From NCBI RefSeq assembly GCF_037042905.1, contig NC_087263.1, positions 8,434,001 to 8,498,000 of the forward strand: 64,000 nucleotides of DNA. The letters run 5' to 3'. The stretch's first letter is position 1. Each line of letters starts with the position of its first letter. The position numbers were made by a program, and so were the translations under genes. Shown here one piece after another: positions 51,501 through 64,000 of the stretch. The stretch is from Lytechinus pictus. Its lineage: Eukaryota. The notes below the pieces were generated by a model that was given only the letters and a program-made list of their open reading frames with translations, did no database searches and was not told the origin of the DNA.

Positions 51501-54500
51501 CCTGACGGATTGAACTCCCATCTTTCATCTCAGTTCAACTTTTATTAATTTTTTTTTCTTTCCTTACAATGAATCTTGTGGATGAATAAAGTTCTGTACC
51601 TGTCCATTCTTCCATTCCCCCAATTTGCAGTTCATGTCTTTGAATTTAAATGATTAAAAAGAAATGGATGGCTTTTTAACCAGGTGATGTTTATAGACCA
51701 CTCTGAAATACCAGTCAAGTCCAAATTTAGAGACCACGCGGTCAAAAGTTGCCACTTGTTGTGCAAACTAGTTTACACACAGTGGGGGCCACATTTTCAT
51801 TAATTCCCATAGTGAGAAAAAATAACACCTTTGGCGGTTTCCTTTCACTCTTCGGTGTTAACGTGCAATGTCCATGGTGTGATTTGAATGCCTTAGGATG
51901 TGGTCCTGTAGGGCAACCAAATGGTGTGTTGACACCCAAGTTTTTACAGTGCACCCAATTGTGTACCCTCCAAATTTTCCAATGACACTGGATGATAAAT
52001 GCTCACTGTTGCCATATCTCAGCCAACGGACCTCCACCCAGGGTCTTAAATACAACTGGGGAGGCTGATATTGCCGAACATATATTGTAAGGTAGAAATA
52101 GAAACGTTGAAAATACTGATTGAAAGGGTGTTGATGATGAAGATGGATGATGATTTATGATGCAAAGAATATTCACTTTGTTAGGCGCTTAAAGTGATCA
52201 TTTCGCTTTGTTCTGATTTAAAAAATTCTCCTTTTGGTTCCTGAAAATGGGCTAAACATTATGCTTATAGTGTAAAAATACCATCCCAAAAGTTTCAAAG
52301 TATTATATTTACAGGATCAATTTTAAAACCTTGGAGATGTAAACCAAAGTTTGAAATAATTGGGAGTTGGTTTCAATGACTATGTGTATACAGGGAATCT
52401 GTGCACCACAACACATTAATTCTAGATGAACACAGCATGACCTACATACAGTGTGTACAAGGTATACGCTGAATGTACAGTGCAGCTAATAGTGTGTGTA
52501 TAGGAGATACACACAACAGAAGGCAGTCAAAATAGCCAACGGACTTTTTGAATTGGAGAAAACTGGTCATAAGCTGCACCCGTCTACTAGACGGTTCTCA
52601 AAATCAGGCTAATAAATTGCTACTTGTATCTAAATTAGAGTTTTTCATCCTATATTGTGGTCTGTTTCAGGGTTTTTGAGGACAAATACAGGCACTCATA
52701 CGCACGTTTCAACTCAGTTTGAGAATTTTTTAAATCAGCTGCTCACAAAGTTAAACGATCCCTTTAAGAGCAGAGGCTAAAAAAAATGCATTTCAAGTTC
52801 GACCTATACTTGAATACGTAGATGTATATGGTTGTCTAAAAAAAGACAGATACTTGTATGGAGGTTGCCCCTGAAGGTGGTCGCTGATGTATGGGTTTTT
52901 GTCATGGTTAAGACTACTGAGTGGGTGTAAAACGTAATGACAAATTTGCGGATTACATAATCATCATAGTCTTTTCGGACCCCAAAAAAACTAGAAATGA
53001 ATAACTATATATAACTAAATGAAAAGGATTCTGTAATGAATGAATGAAAAGATAAATCTATAAATAAGTAAAAAGATTATATACTTCTTCCTGTGGAAGT
53101 ACTGCTTCAAGTTACCGAGTAGCATAAAAAGTTAGGTGAAGAATTTGAGTTTTAGAGGGAAAATTTTAGATTGATTTTTGGTCTGTGCAAGTGTACTCAA
53201 TGATGTTCTCGCATGTATTACCTGAATGTCAAATGGTGACGAATAAACATGTTAGCTCTAGAATTACACTGAGGGTACACTATGACTTTTTCCCCATTCC
53301 AATTTGTGATATTTTTACTAAATAAAAGATCCTTGCTCAAGGTGCTTGAATTGAAATTCGGCAATCAACATATTTCTTGAAATTGGGCAATCCACTTTTG
53401 TACTCCCACATTTTTATTTAAAGGGTAGGCTAAACTTAACACTCAATGATTTCGGGATTATTTTGAAGGTTAAATTATGATGCAATGCCTAGACTTGCAA
53501 AATGAAGAAATAGGTCACATGAAAAAATTTAAGGCATTGGATAAGAGGCCTTCGGTTTACGTATTTTTTGATAAGGCTACTTTTTTAATTCGGGTACGGT
53601 AATTACAAATGGGCAAAACTTGAATCTGAATGGAAAAATTCAAATCTTTCAAGGCCAAAGATAGAGGCATCAAGTTCAGTCAACAGAGCACCCGTGGTCA
53701 TCGCCTTGGGAGTGATGCAAAGCCTGAAGAAATGTAGGAAATATAAGTTGACTCTTTTGTAAGTCGATTAATCGCCTAAATCGAGCCAATGTTTCAGACC
53801 AGAATATCCAAAACGTGTTAACATCTTCCAAATCAAGTTTCGACTTGGTCAAAGAGATTTCTTTGGTCTTGAGAGAAGTTGGAAGAGTCACCGATAGGTG
53901 ATCCTCTCAATGAATTAACCTTGATTGATTGATCCTCTGAATCTCTTTACCTTCTCCAGACTGAGGCACATCCCTCGTCCCAAGTTCTCAATCTGCATCC
54001 TGGGAGATCAGCAGCATCTTGACGAAGCCAAGGCCAATGGCATTCCATGCATGGACATGGACGCTCTCAAGAAGCTCAACAAGAATAAGAAGCTCGTCAA
54101 GAAGCTAGGTAGGCATGGGACAATCCTAAAGACATTTATCAGGGTTTCTTGGAGTTTACAGCCCTCCATTGATTTTTCATTACCAAATTTCTGAAAATGT
54201 ACATTTACCAACCATTCGAGAGCGAGGCGCTTCATGAAGCTAGGTAGGCATGATAGTTCTGGGAGTTCCTTGGAGGTTTATAGTACTGTTATTCATTGAT
54301 TTTTCATTGCCAAACTACTGAACTTGTTCATATACCTTCCATTCGAGAATGAGGCACTTCATGAAGCTAGGTAGTCATTGGACAATCCTCAAGCATAGTC
54401 CTAGAGTTCATTTGGGTTATTCCTGTTCATTTTCAAATGTAGCATTTATTATAATTAAGCCTGAGTCATATCGATTATTTTGAAAACCGGTGTTCGACAG

Positions 54501-57500
54501 CTTTAATTCGATCGAACATCGATGCATCGAAATTTGAAGGCGGGGAAAATCGAGTCATTTTTTTTGCTCTGGCCGGCCGTCGATGCATGCGCTATGCATG
54601 CACTACATGCACTGACGGTCTGCGCTGGCCGCGCCGGGTGAGCGTTGCAAAAGCAGATGACAGAGCAAAGTTCGTTTGTATTTTCCATGATCACAAAACA
54701 CAAAAAAGGCCGGGGGCAATGCAGAATTCTTCCCAAAATATCTTCAACAATGATATTTGCAGATGATAACATATAAGTTTAAAATGAAACAATATTAAAG
54801 ACATGAATCACGCAGAGTCGATCCGAATGATTTTCGGTCAACTAGCATTCGCAGTCCAGCCTCGCACAAACCAGCCCCGTCCGCAGCCCCGTTCACTGGC
54901 ACTCTCCCGAAACGACAGGCATGCTTGCCAGCGCCATCTAACAAGTGCAAACAGCGGGGAGAGCGCTGTAACTTGCCTGAGATTGTGTAGTTGGCGGGGT
55001 AGTTGGATCCAAAATTAGCTCCAAATAAATTGATGGAAATAAATACGTAATTTTCTCTGGATGGTCATTTGAATTGGTATTCAATGCTGATATATAACGA
55101 TTGTGAGGAAAGATTGGAAAATATGAGTTCTGACGATGTTCGAGACTTAATCCTGATAATGATACGGTAATCCATTTATTTTAGACACAAGAGCTTGTGA
55201 TCGAAATAAATACGAATGTCTCGGATCGAGCTCTAACTTCATATAAATTATTATTGGATGTAAAATAATTACGATTTAATAAGATTTTATGGCCATACTA
55301 AAAATATTGACGATGTCAGCAAAGTATGTTATGTTCATATGGAAGAATTAATAGTATTATACTGGCATTATTTTTATTTTTTATTCCATCTCTGGACGTC
55401 TCCGCGCTCCGAGAAAAGAAGCACAATGCGCATGCGCGTTCGATGACGTCTGACATATTTTCCATTCATGAAATCAGAGCCCAAAGTTGGGCACAAACAA
55501 GCTTCAAATTGATGGGAAAAAATATCAAATGTAATTTTTCTCTGTTGTGTCATGTAAAATATTATTATATGGTGATATTACGATCATCAAAAGAGTTTCT
55601 ACATGTTGACAATGTTCGATAATCAATCCTGACGTGTAATTATTTTTTTAGACAAGTGCGATTCCACTCACTCGAGTCGATCGTCATGTGATGTCCGCCA
55701 TTGAAAATTGAAACGAAATACAAACGTTTCACATCAAGCTCTAAATTCATATTAATGATTATCATATGCAAATTATTGTTAAATATTACGATTAAATCAT
55801 GTTCTATGGTCATGATATTAATATTGTTCATGAAAGCAAGATTTACTTTTATACGTTGATCGCATCCATTTTCCGGCCATTTTCTGATTTGATTAAAGCA
55901 CAGTACTGCGCATGCACGAACAATGGCGACTTCCATTCATAAATTCATCGTGCATAAATTATCTCGGCACGAGCAGACGAGCCGTGCAGACGAGTAAGAC
56001 TCGAACTATGATTGAAATAAACTTCAAATTAATGGTGAATAGGCATCATAATTACACACTCCGTTTCATTTTGGGGGCAATATAAATTAAGTAAGTAGTA
56101 GTCGAGACGGATATTACTGTTTATTTTGATGTTTGATTGTGTGAACCAAATGAATCGGCCGGCCGACGTATTTTTTTTTTTTTTTCGATGCACCGATTTT
56201 GCAAAATCTGCATCGGCGTTCGATGACATCGATCGAACACCGATTTTAAAATCGATTCGACTCAGGCTTAATTATAATACTCGTAATTCTGTGCATCAGT
56301 CATTAGGTTTAGCGTGTGGAATTTATAACGGAGCAGTTGCTGCCAGAGCAAATGTCAAGTATGTGCTTCATGACGCTATGTTGGCCGTGACAGTGACGTC
56401 AGGCATGCAGGATTGGGGTCCCTTTGGGTTATTCCTATTCATTTTTCATTGTGAATCATTATTCTTGTGTTTCTTTTAAACAGCCAAGAGGTACGATGCC
56501 TTCCTGGCCTCTGACTCGCTCATCAAACAGATCCCCCGTATCCTTGGTCCTGGTCTCAACAAGGCTGGCAAGTTCCCTACCCTCCTGACCCACTCTGACT
56601 CCATGGTGTCAAAGGTCGAAGAGGTCAAGGCAACTATCAAGTTCCAGATGAAGAAGGTAAGGATTTGGGGAGAATCAAGGAAGATTTTAAGTTCAAGTTC
56701 TACACCCAAAAATAAAAATCTGACAAGCATAACACAAATTTTCATTAATAGATGTAAAATGGTGACTTTAAAATTTTGCTTATTTTTCACGAAATGATTA
56801 TAGGCACAACATAGTGAAATTCATATGAGTGTCGATGATGTCCCTCACTATTTTTTTTATTTTTTTTTTTTATTATAAAAAATGTTAACATCTTACGAAT
56901 TTTACAATAAGGATCAACTTGACTTAACCACAAAATTTTAAAACTATGGTCATTCCACATGTTCAGGAGGAATAAACCTTTGTTACACATGACAATGATA
57001 AAATTGAATATTACATATATATCATATATAATTCCGTAATGCAAATGGTAATCATTGCAGAACAGGGTCCCATTTTACAAAGAGTTGTGGTTGATCCAAT
57101 ACTAGTAAATGACAACTATATGGAAATCCATCATTGTCATTAATTTGCCTACAGAAAATTTGCAAAATGTCCTTTGTAAACAAAGAGGAGCACGTGTATT
57201 GTCAAGAAAAGAGTGAATGTACGAGTGTACATTTTTAGAAAACATTTTTGACAAACATGCATTGTAGATGTTGGCGTAGCTAGCTTTCCATAGTTGTCGT
57301 TGATCGAATCAAATGCAACTCCTTGTAAGATTTGTAAGACGGACCCATTGGCCTGTGGCAGAAAGATTTGCGATCAAACGCAACTTGATTTTCGGCCAAT
57401 GAAATGCACATTGGGACTTGTGCTTTATATTTCTGCATTGGCTCCAGAATGCATTGAACCTGTTATCAATTTTGCCAAAGTCAAATAGATTTCTCTGGTC

Positions 57501-58978
57501 CCAAGAGATTTGACATAGAGTCCTCTAGTTCCGGGCCCCTGTGGCATAGAGGTTTCCATTCCGCGTAGGATATATATGAGGGTGACAGGCGATTTTGCCC
57601 TCGTGACAGCCCAAATCACCCTTATAATTCCCCCGTAATGCATGCTTTGGGGTGACCTCTTTCTAGAATCGCCCCAAGATAATTTAGGAAATCAATATTC
57701 TGACAGTGGCAGAGGAATGATGTACGCTTTTACTGCACAATTTTTACCTCTAAAAAGTAGTGCTTAAAATGAAAGAAATGGGCTCCAGAACTCCGCAATC
57801 GCCCCAATGTGGAAGAGAAAAGTAGCCCCTGAAAAATTATAGCCCCTGAAGAATTATTTCCTACCCGGTTACCATTATAGTCGCTATGCCATCCAATGGT
57901 TAATACCATAGTAGCAGGCTCAAAAGTTTGTAATGATTGTATATGAAATTTGAACAGTTTTCATTGCCTCTTGTGAATTGGTGTACTCAATGATGTTCTC
58001 GCATGTATTACCTGAATGTTGAATGGTGACGAATAAACATGTTAGCTCTAGAATTACACTGAGGGTACACCATGTCAAGACCTTCACAAATAGGAAAAGA
58101 ATGATGCTGATTGGTTCATGATTGTAATTCCTAGCGAAATGCTAGTACAACAAAGATATTTATTGGACCTTGTGATACCTAGGAGGCCTGGGCCCTGTAA
58201 CCATAAAACCTAACAATTGATTTTGGGAGCTGATTTTTTACAAAGGATTGTACACAAATAGTGGATGCAGTCTGTGAAATCTTCCCCACAATTGTCTTTT
58301 CAGTTAACAGTGTTGATGAAAGAACCAATTTGTTTGATCAAAGTAAATGAGTGTCTTTTACGTTGTAGAGATGTTCTTGCCCAGTGGATAAGTCTAAAAC
58401 GTTTAATCACAGGGTGTGGGGTTCAAATCCTAAAGCAGCACCTGTGTCTTTTCGCATATCTCTAAACTTGCCACTCGTCATGCTGGTGTTACATGTACAT
58501 AGTAGATGGGTCACTTGGTAGGAAGGAATTCCTTGATCGGATGATAGTATCCAGCGCTTAGGAACATTAGTGCTATACAGGGGTGTGAGAGTTCAGATTT
58601 TTATCTGATTTCAGATTTTTTTCATTTTGATTTTCAGCTTATTTTAGGCTTTCCTCTGTACAAAAAGTATTGGAGCTCTTTCTATTTCAGACTTTTTCTA
58701 AAAGTTTCGGCTTTTTTCAGATCTTTTTATTTGTGACCACTCACACCCCTGTTGCTATATGAATGTTGTACATCATATTATCGTTATTATTCTATTCTTA
58801 TCCTTAGGTTCTGTGCTTGGCTGTCGCCGTCGGACATGTCGATATGGAAGAGGAGGATCTGGTGTCCAACGTCAACCTTGCGATCAACTTCCTTGTCTCG
58901 CTCCTCAAGAAGAACTGGCAGAACGTCCGCTCTCTTTACATCAAGAGCACCATGGGAAAGCCACAGCGTGTCTACTAG
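45760..58978 (+). CDS. RPL10A: 60S ribosomal protein L10a (uL1), 216 aa
   Basis: Exons 45760-45764 (ATG AG), 51234-51386, 53960-54108, 56484-56656, 58808-58978; 651 nt. [109 protein letters not shown]. Confidence 0.97.
46443..46895. mobile_element. MITE with tctgg duplicated on both sides
   Basis: TIR cagtagaggcgcacggccaatat / atattggccgtgcgcctctactg. Confidence 0.85.
46910..49746. mobile_element. hAT-like palindromic element with 8-bp TSD, carrying nested insertions
   Basis: TSD cgtctggg at 46902-46909 and 49747-49754; about 90-bp TIR tagccaggcggc..ctcatagtcata, continued at 49316-49366 versus 49610-49661. Confidence 0.85.
47049..48646. mobile_element. PIF/Harbinger-like non-autonomous element with TTA TSD
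   Basis: tta|GGCCAAGTAAAAAAAGATAGTAGTTGATCGTCC ... GGACGATCAACTACTTTCTTTTTTTACTTGGCC|tta. Confidence 0.8.
50165..50353 (-). mobile_element. tRNA-derived SINE (family of 25313-25497)
   Basis: Reverse complement gaggcgcgatagctcagtcggtagagc...gggttcgattccc...gtgccctttggtaaggcatta. Confidence 0.85.
53190..53281 (+). ncRNA. SNORD45: Box C/D snoRNA, SNORD45/U45 type (copy 1, RPL10A intron 2)
   Basis: Terminal stem agtgtac/gtacact; box C atgatgt, D' ctga, C' gtgacga, D ctga; guides gcatgtatta and ttagctctagaattac complement the conserved 18S segment GUAAUUCUAGAGCUAAUACAUGC; the D+5 rule gives human-numbered Um172 and Am159. Confidence 0.92.
54101..54420 (+). repeat. About 130-bp tandem repeat (2.5 units), each unit starting with the RPL10A exon-3 donor
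   Basis: gaagctag|gtag at 54101, 54236, 54363; shared cattgatttttcatt.ccaaa and ccattcgaga..gaggc.cttcat. Confidence 0.85.
54456..56270. mobile_element. hAT-like non-autonomous transposon, 1.8 kb
   Basis: attataat|TAAGCCTGAGTC ... GACTCAGGCTTA|attataat; subterminal (A/T)TCGA-rich motifs at both ends; no transposase ORF. Confidence 0.8.
57979..58072 (+). ncRNA. SNORD45: Box C/D snoRNA, SNORD45/U45 type (copy 2, RPL10A intron 4)
   Basis: Same boxes and guides as 53190-53281; two internal differences (aatgtcaaatgg vs aatgttgaatgg); terminal stem tggtgtac/gtacacca. Confidence 0.92.
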
Positions 58979-59266
58979 ACGCACACCCCAGTCCCATCAA
59001 GACACTATACAACAGAAATACCATGAAAATCTCAGTATCTCTACTATTGTTTCACGCAACCCCCTTTCCATCAAGAAACCATAGTGAATCTTGGCATCTG
59101 CCCATCCGCATCGATCGGCAGCTCGTTACCACTCCCAAGAGTGGCACATCTATCCTGGTGTCCACTCTTCCAAACAATAAGGATGTAGCAGAAACAGTTG
59201 AACTTTTCCAAAGCTATTGTTGCATTCGGACACATCAGATTGCAATCATGAATATCTAATGCAGTA

Positions 59267-59272
59267 AATAAA
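59267..59272 (+). terminator. Polyadenylation signal of RPL10A
   Basis: AATAAA about 290 nt after TAG, followed by GT-rich tttgtctgtgtagtt. Confidence 0.7.
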
Positions 59273-60831
59273 CCTGTCAAAAGTGCACTTAGTGGATTTG
59301 GGTAATTTTGTCTGTGTAGTTAGTTTCAGAAATTAAACGTTGTACTGTGGAACCTTGTTACAATAATACAAACACTCGGGAGCACCCCTTCCTACTAAGC
59401 AGAAAGAGGGGTAGGGCCGTAGGGGTAAAGTAAACAAGACAAAATTATAGTATGAAACAATGAATTTGGGTGAATTTACAAAGAATTGACTTGTCAACTT
59501 AATGGGTTGTTATTTTGACAAGGCTCTACAGTGTTGACGGCAATCAAGCGTACGATTCCATTATAGATAATAAAGAGTAGATGTTTAAAAAGCGTGGAAA
59601 GGAAGAGCCATGATATCTTAGGAGACTGCATGAGAAGTGAGTGATGTGAAATTTCAAGAGCACATGCGATATTGTACTTTGCAGCGAGGCGACAGCATGC
59701 TCAATGAGCATTGATCAAAGAATATTCTGCGGCTATGTTATCTTGGAGTTTGATCGTCTTAAAAATCAATTTGTCCATTACCCAACATGATTCTTTTTGT
59801 AATTCTGCCCCATATCAATATGCCAATGTGAATTAATGACATTCATGTAGCATTTACCACAAAAAAAAGGTCTGCAAATCTATATTGCACAAACTACAGC
59901 GCAAGATCAGAAAATATCAATGAATGCCGGCAATCGAGGCTGCTGACTGTTTAGTGGATAGCATGAATTTATTGGTGTGTAGCGCAAATTGAGAGATGTT
60001 GCTGAGAAGAAAAGTTAAAGTTGCACGAGAGTGAGACAGGTATGAGACTCGATCAATTTGAAGATAGGAACGTGAGTAAAACACATAATTTTTTGAATTT
60101 GGTTGAAAAGCAAAATTAGTTAAGTTTCCTTACTAAAAACGGAGAAAGAAAATGATAGTGATGTGCACAACCAAGGTGAGCGATGATGCCTCACTATCAT
60201 TTCATACTTTAATTTAAAATTTCAAATGCTTTATTTTTTCTCTGATGTCAATTGAAATTGCATTATCATTTAACTTATTCAATGGTTTTAGAGGGAGAAA
60301 AGAAAACCTAAAATTTCACAAGTATTAACACAAGGAATAGTGAGAATCACATATATACCACTACTCGCTTATCCCCCAAATTCTGCATATGTATATTGGT
60401 GTTTTAATGAATCAACACTTAAAAATGATATGGCTTGCCTGTTTTATATGCCATTTTATCAGTATCGTGCTTCTTTTTCTGTATTCAAATGAACATTGAG
60501 CTTGAGTGGATATCACCCGTAATTTAGAGGGAGGAATGAAAGTGGGATGAAAATACATTTTGGTAATGTGAAATAAAATCTAAGAAGTGAAAGAAAAAGT
60601 GGTGTGTTGGAAATTTGAAGGGGAGTGTGGAGATAATACACACATATTGATTGAATGTGAGAGAAAAAGACGAACAGAATGAGTACGGTACTCGAGCTTA
60701 GAAAAGCTTTGTGGGTCTGATGTGATAAGTGGATTGTGTGCTTTGCTTTTCTTCATCTACTGCATATTTCCAGTGTATACCTGCTTGTACTGTTTTTCTC
60801 TTCTGGCTCTCTCTGTATCTCAATCCCCCCC

Positions 60832-61722
60832 GCAGTCAAATATATTGCTGTACACACGCGTGACCAAAAAATCGTGTGCACTCGTTATGGGTATCAAACA
60901 CTAATTTTCAAAAATAAGGGGTAGTTTTGAAAGACTGGTCAATGGCCAAAAGCTTTTTTTTAAAGGAGAATGAAACCCTTGAAACCAGCTGAATCCATAT
61001 CAAAGAAACATATTGTTGAAAGTTTGAGGAAGATTGAATGAATAATAAGAAAGTTATGAGCATTTGAATATTGAAATCACTAATACCATGTAGATCCTCC
61101 CATCGGCAATGCGACCAAGATCTGTGATGTCACACACGTACAACTCCCTCATTACTTTAGTACTTATTTCACTTATATTCTCACTTTTATAGAGTCTATC
61201 ACAAGGTGAGGTGTTCTCTTTATGAGAGGACAAGTACAGAGGTTTCACAACATTATATCATTGATGAATCGTTTGTCATATGATTTGAATGAGCAAAAAG
61301 AGATGTTTTGGGGTATATTTCAGTGTCCAAAAGGGGAGAGTTGTTCATCTGTGACATCATAGATCTTGGTCGCATTGCCAATGGGAGGATCTCCATAGCA
61401 TTAGTGATCTCGACATTCAAATGCTCATAACTCTTCTATTGCTAGTCCTATTTTACTCAAACTTTTGTTGATGTTATTCTTTGATTTGTCTGCTTTCACA
61501 AAAGCTAACTTGCTCCAAGAGTTTCCTAGCCAAACGTGTTAAGGGTATGTTTTCTTCCTCGGGGTCATATACTGGCAACAACTTGTTAAGGGGCCAAAAT
61601 GTGTAAATAAAGTCCGCAAAAAAACTTGTTTAGGGGGTTATTTTGCACACAGAGAAAAACTCGTTTAGGGGGTGTTTGGAAATAATTTGGCCACGTGTGT
61701 GTACAGCAATACATTTGACTGC
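60832..61722. mobile_element. TIR element with a nested TTAA-type MITE (about 60964-61527)
   Basis: gcagtcaaatatattgctgtacacacgcgtgaccaaa / tttggccacgtgtgtgtacagcaatacatttgactgc; the insert resembles 29675-30244. Confidence 0.75.
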
Positions 61723-63617
61723 CCCCCTCAATGTTATCTCCCAAATCATCTCTTTAGCAACACCCCTTTTCCAGTTATGAGTATACATGTTCTTCCTCTC
61801 TCCCTCAGTCTTGAACAAAAACCTGAATTCTCACTCATTCCACCAAGTACACAGTGGCAACTTCCTTTGACTTCTATTCTCTCCACAAGTTAGAGGAATA
61901 CGACAGGCATATCACTATGTACTATTACAATGAAGGTACTAGGAGTGAACATTCAGGTCTTCCAATTAAAATTATATTGTACAAATTTCCAGCTAGACAA
62001 ATTTCCAAAAATCTAGACTAACAAGTCAGTACTATCTGGACATGTGTAAGTTTTCTTTTTGAATTGGTAACATCCCCACCACCATCACTCCCCTCCCTCC
62101 ATCTCTCTCTTCCCTCCCTCTATCTCTCTCTTTCCTTCTTGTCTCCTCTACCATTTTCCATTTTTTTCTCTATTTTTCTTCTCGGTCTCTGTCTCCCTGC
62201 TCTTCTGTAATTTTTCTCTTCCCCTCCCCTCCTGTTTTCAGTCACATATGATATTCTTTCATTCACAATCTACCTAACTCAACACTTCGTACCTTGACAT
62301 GTAAACAAATTTAAAAAAAAGAAATGAAACTAATATTCTATTTATATATTTGTTCATTACTGTACAGCTGTGCTAACAATGGCATTCTCATTTTCCCTTT
62401 CAAATTTCTCATGTTCTAGGCTATACATTAACATCGTAATATTGCATTGCAAAATATGTAATACACCACAGGTAAAATACATACAAAATTATAAACACAG
62501 ATCTTGGAAAATATCTGGGACCATGGACCTAGGTCCATGCTGGGACAAAGATCACAACGTGAAACCGATTTTTTTTTCTTGTTAAATTTTCTTGGGGGGG
62601 GGGGCAGGAATCTTGAGATTTTAAGATGATTAATGATGTTATAATTTATAAACATTTTGTTCTTGCCTTCAAAGATTGCACATGAAATCATAATAGGCTG
62701 GCTATTTTATGTTCGTATATTTTTTGTATACAGTGTGACAAACCTGGCTGATTACGAAAGCACAATTTTTTTTGTCTAGCATTTGACTTGAATCTGTACA
62801 CACACAAAATTAATCCTTTGGTTAGCCAAGGTTACAGATGTACTTGTACGTAGTGTATGAATTCACATACGGGATTCATATTCCTTGGTATAAACTCAGT
62901 TGAAGAGAAAAAGCCTTAAAAAACACCAAGAACACAAAATCACCAGAACCAGCTGTACTAGTTAATGCTCTATACCATATGACAAACATCTGTAGAATAA
63001 ATCATACCATTTCTCTGCCCATATGCTAGGCCATTGACATTTCAGAGGTCTGTCAAATCAATAGAAACTTTTTGAAGTGACTGAAGATGGAGGTAGGCGA
63101 GTCGGGGCAGCAATCATACACAAAGAAACTAGTCAAGCTGGTATCCAAGCCAGATTCCAACATAAGATAAGTATACAGGTAATTTCCCTCTTTTTTTTCT
63201 TGTTTCTTTTTGAAGGGGGGGTCTTAATTGTTTTGAGAAGGTACATGTTTCTGTAAGTAGCATAATACATGCAAAAATTTGTGCTGTGAAGTTTCTCTCC
63301 TCTCAGCACAAATAAAAACTATGACTGGGGCAAAATGTAGTTTTAGTCCCTCGGCCAGAGGACATAAATTCAAGATGTAAATTCCCGCAGCCTCCGTACG
63401 TATCTACCCCCCCCCCCCCCCAAAAAAAAGGTAGTTTGCTTGAAGAGTGTATGAGTCACTGTGATTCTGCTACACACAGAAAAGTATTGGATCGGTTGCC
63501 ATGTACAGGTCAAGAGTAATAATTGTACAAGTATAATGCGCTCAATTCAGAAATAAAAAAATAATCAAGATTCAAAGTGAAATATTAAATCACCTCAAGT
63601 ATCCTTACACATACAGT

Positions 63618-63738
63618 CAGTGGCGGACCGTGACCCGGAGGAGACAAAGCATTGGAGGGGCACTGTATTGTTTGTGAACAATGCTGTGCCCCCCCCCCCC
63701 CCAATGCTTTGTCTCCTCCAGGTCACGGTCCGCCACTG
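63618..63738. mobile_element. 121-bp hAT-like MITE with 8-bp TSD
   Basis: TSD catacagt on both sides; TIR cagtggcggaccgtgacc.ggaggagacaaagcattgg. Confidence 0.9.
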
Positions 63739-64000
63739 CATACAGTAGGCAGTCCTAGGCATCAATTCATGCCAATCTTCAGTTTGCTACCACTGCTGAA
63801 TATAAGCAATGCTCATTTGAAAGACATCAAAATATGAAGATTCCACTAAGATTTTGGATCAATTGTAAAATTAATTATAACTATAACTCTATGGAAAAAC
63901 ATATCTATGGAAAAACATATACAAAAGTTCCAATAAATTGTGATTATGAATTGTATTTTAATGTTACAACCTACAGGATCCTTTAACATAGCACATGTAG

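Noticed and set aside
52130..52220. Additional box C/D snoRNA
   Set aside because: TGATGA and CTGA present, but no terminal stem and the best recalled 28S complement needs a gap
56290..56420. Box H/ACA snoRNA upstream of RPL10A exon 4
   Set aside because: AGAGCA is H-box-like, but there is no properly placed ACA box or convincing 5' hairpin
58759..59259. 166-aa alternative-frame ORF over the last RPL10A exon
   Set aside because: Begins in the intron, is out of frame with the conserved protein and has no recognisable features
63046..63178. Possible exon (ag..CAG|gtaatt) near the window end
   Set aside because: Short open frame, weak acceptor, no recognisable protein motif and no partner exon in the window

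Overview
AT-rich, intron- and repeat-rich animal genomic DNA; the repeat content suggests an echinoderm such as a sea urchin (inference). Three spliced protein-coding genes can be built with consistent GT-AG junctions and phases. (1) The 3' part (20 exons, about 1026 aa) of a receptor-type protein tyrosine phosphatase on + (Ig-like/FN3, TM, active D1, degenerate D2, tyrosine-motif tail; stop at 20210). (2) A 13-finger C2H2 zinc-finger gene with an acidic N-terminus on - (31771..36253). (3) RPL10A/uL1 on + (45760..58978, 216 aa), head-to-head with the zinc-finger gene and starting at a TCT/5'TOP initiator. RPL10A introns carry two near-identical SNORD45 (U45)-type box C/D snoRNAs, a candidate autoregulatory alternative-donor element, a triplicated 5' splice site and a four-level transposon nest. 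The rest is MITEs/non-autonomous DNA transposons, tRNA-derived SINEs, LINE fragments and a repeat carrying tRNA-like cloverleaves with a UCA anticodon. No database searches were run; family names rest on motifs, TSD lengths and recalled knowledge.
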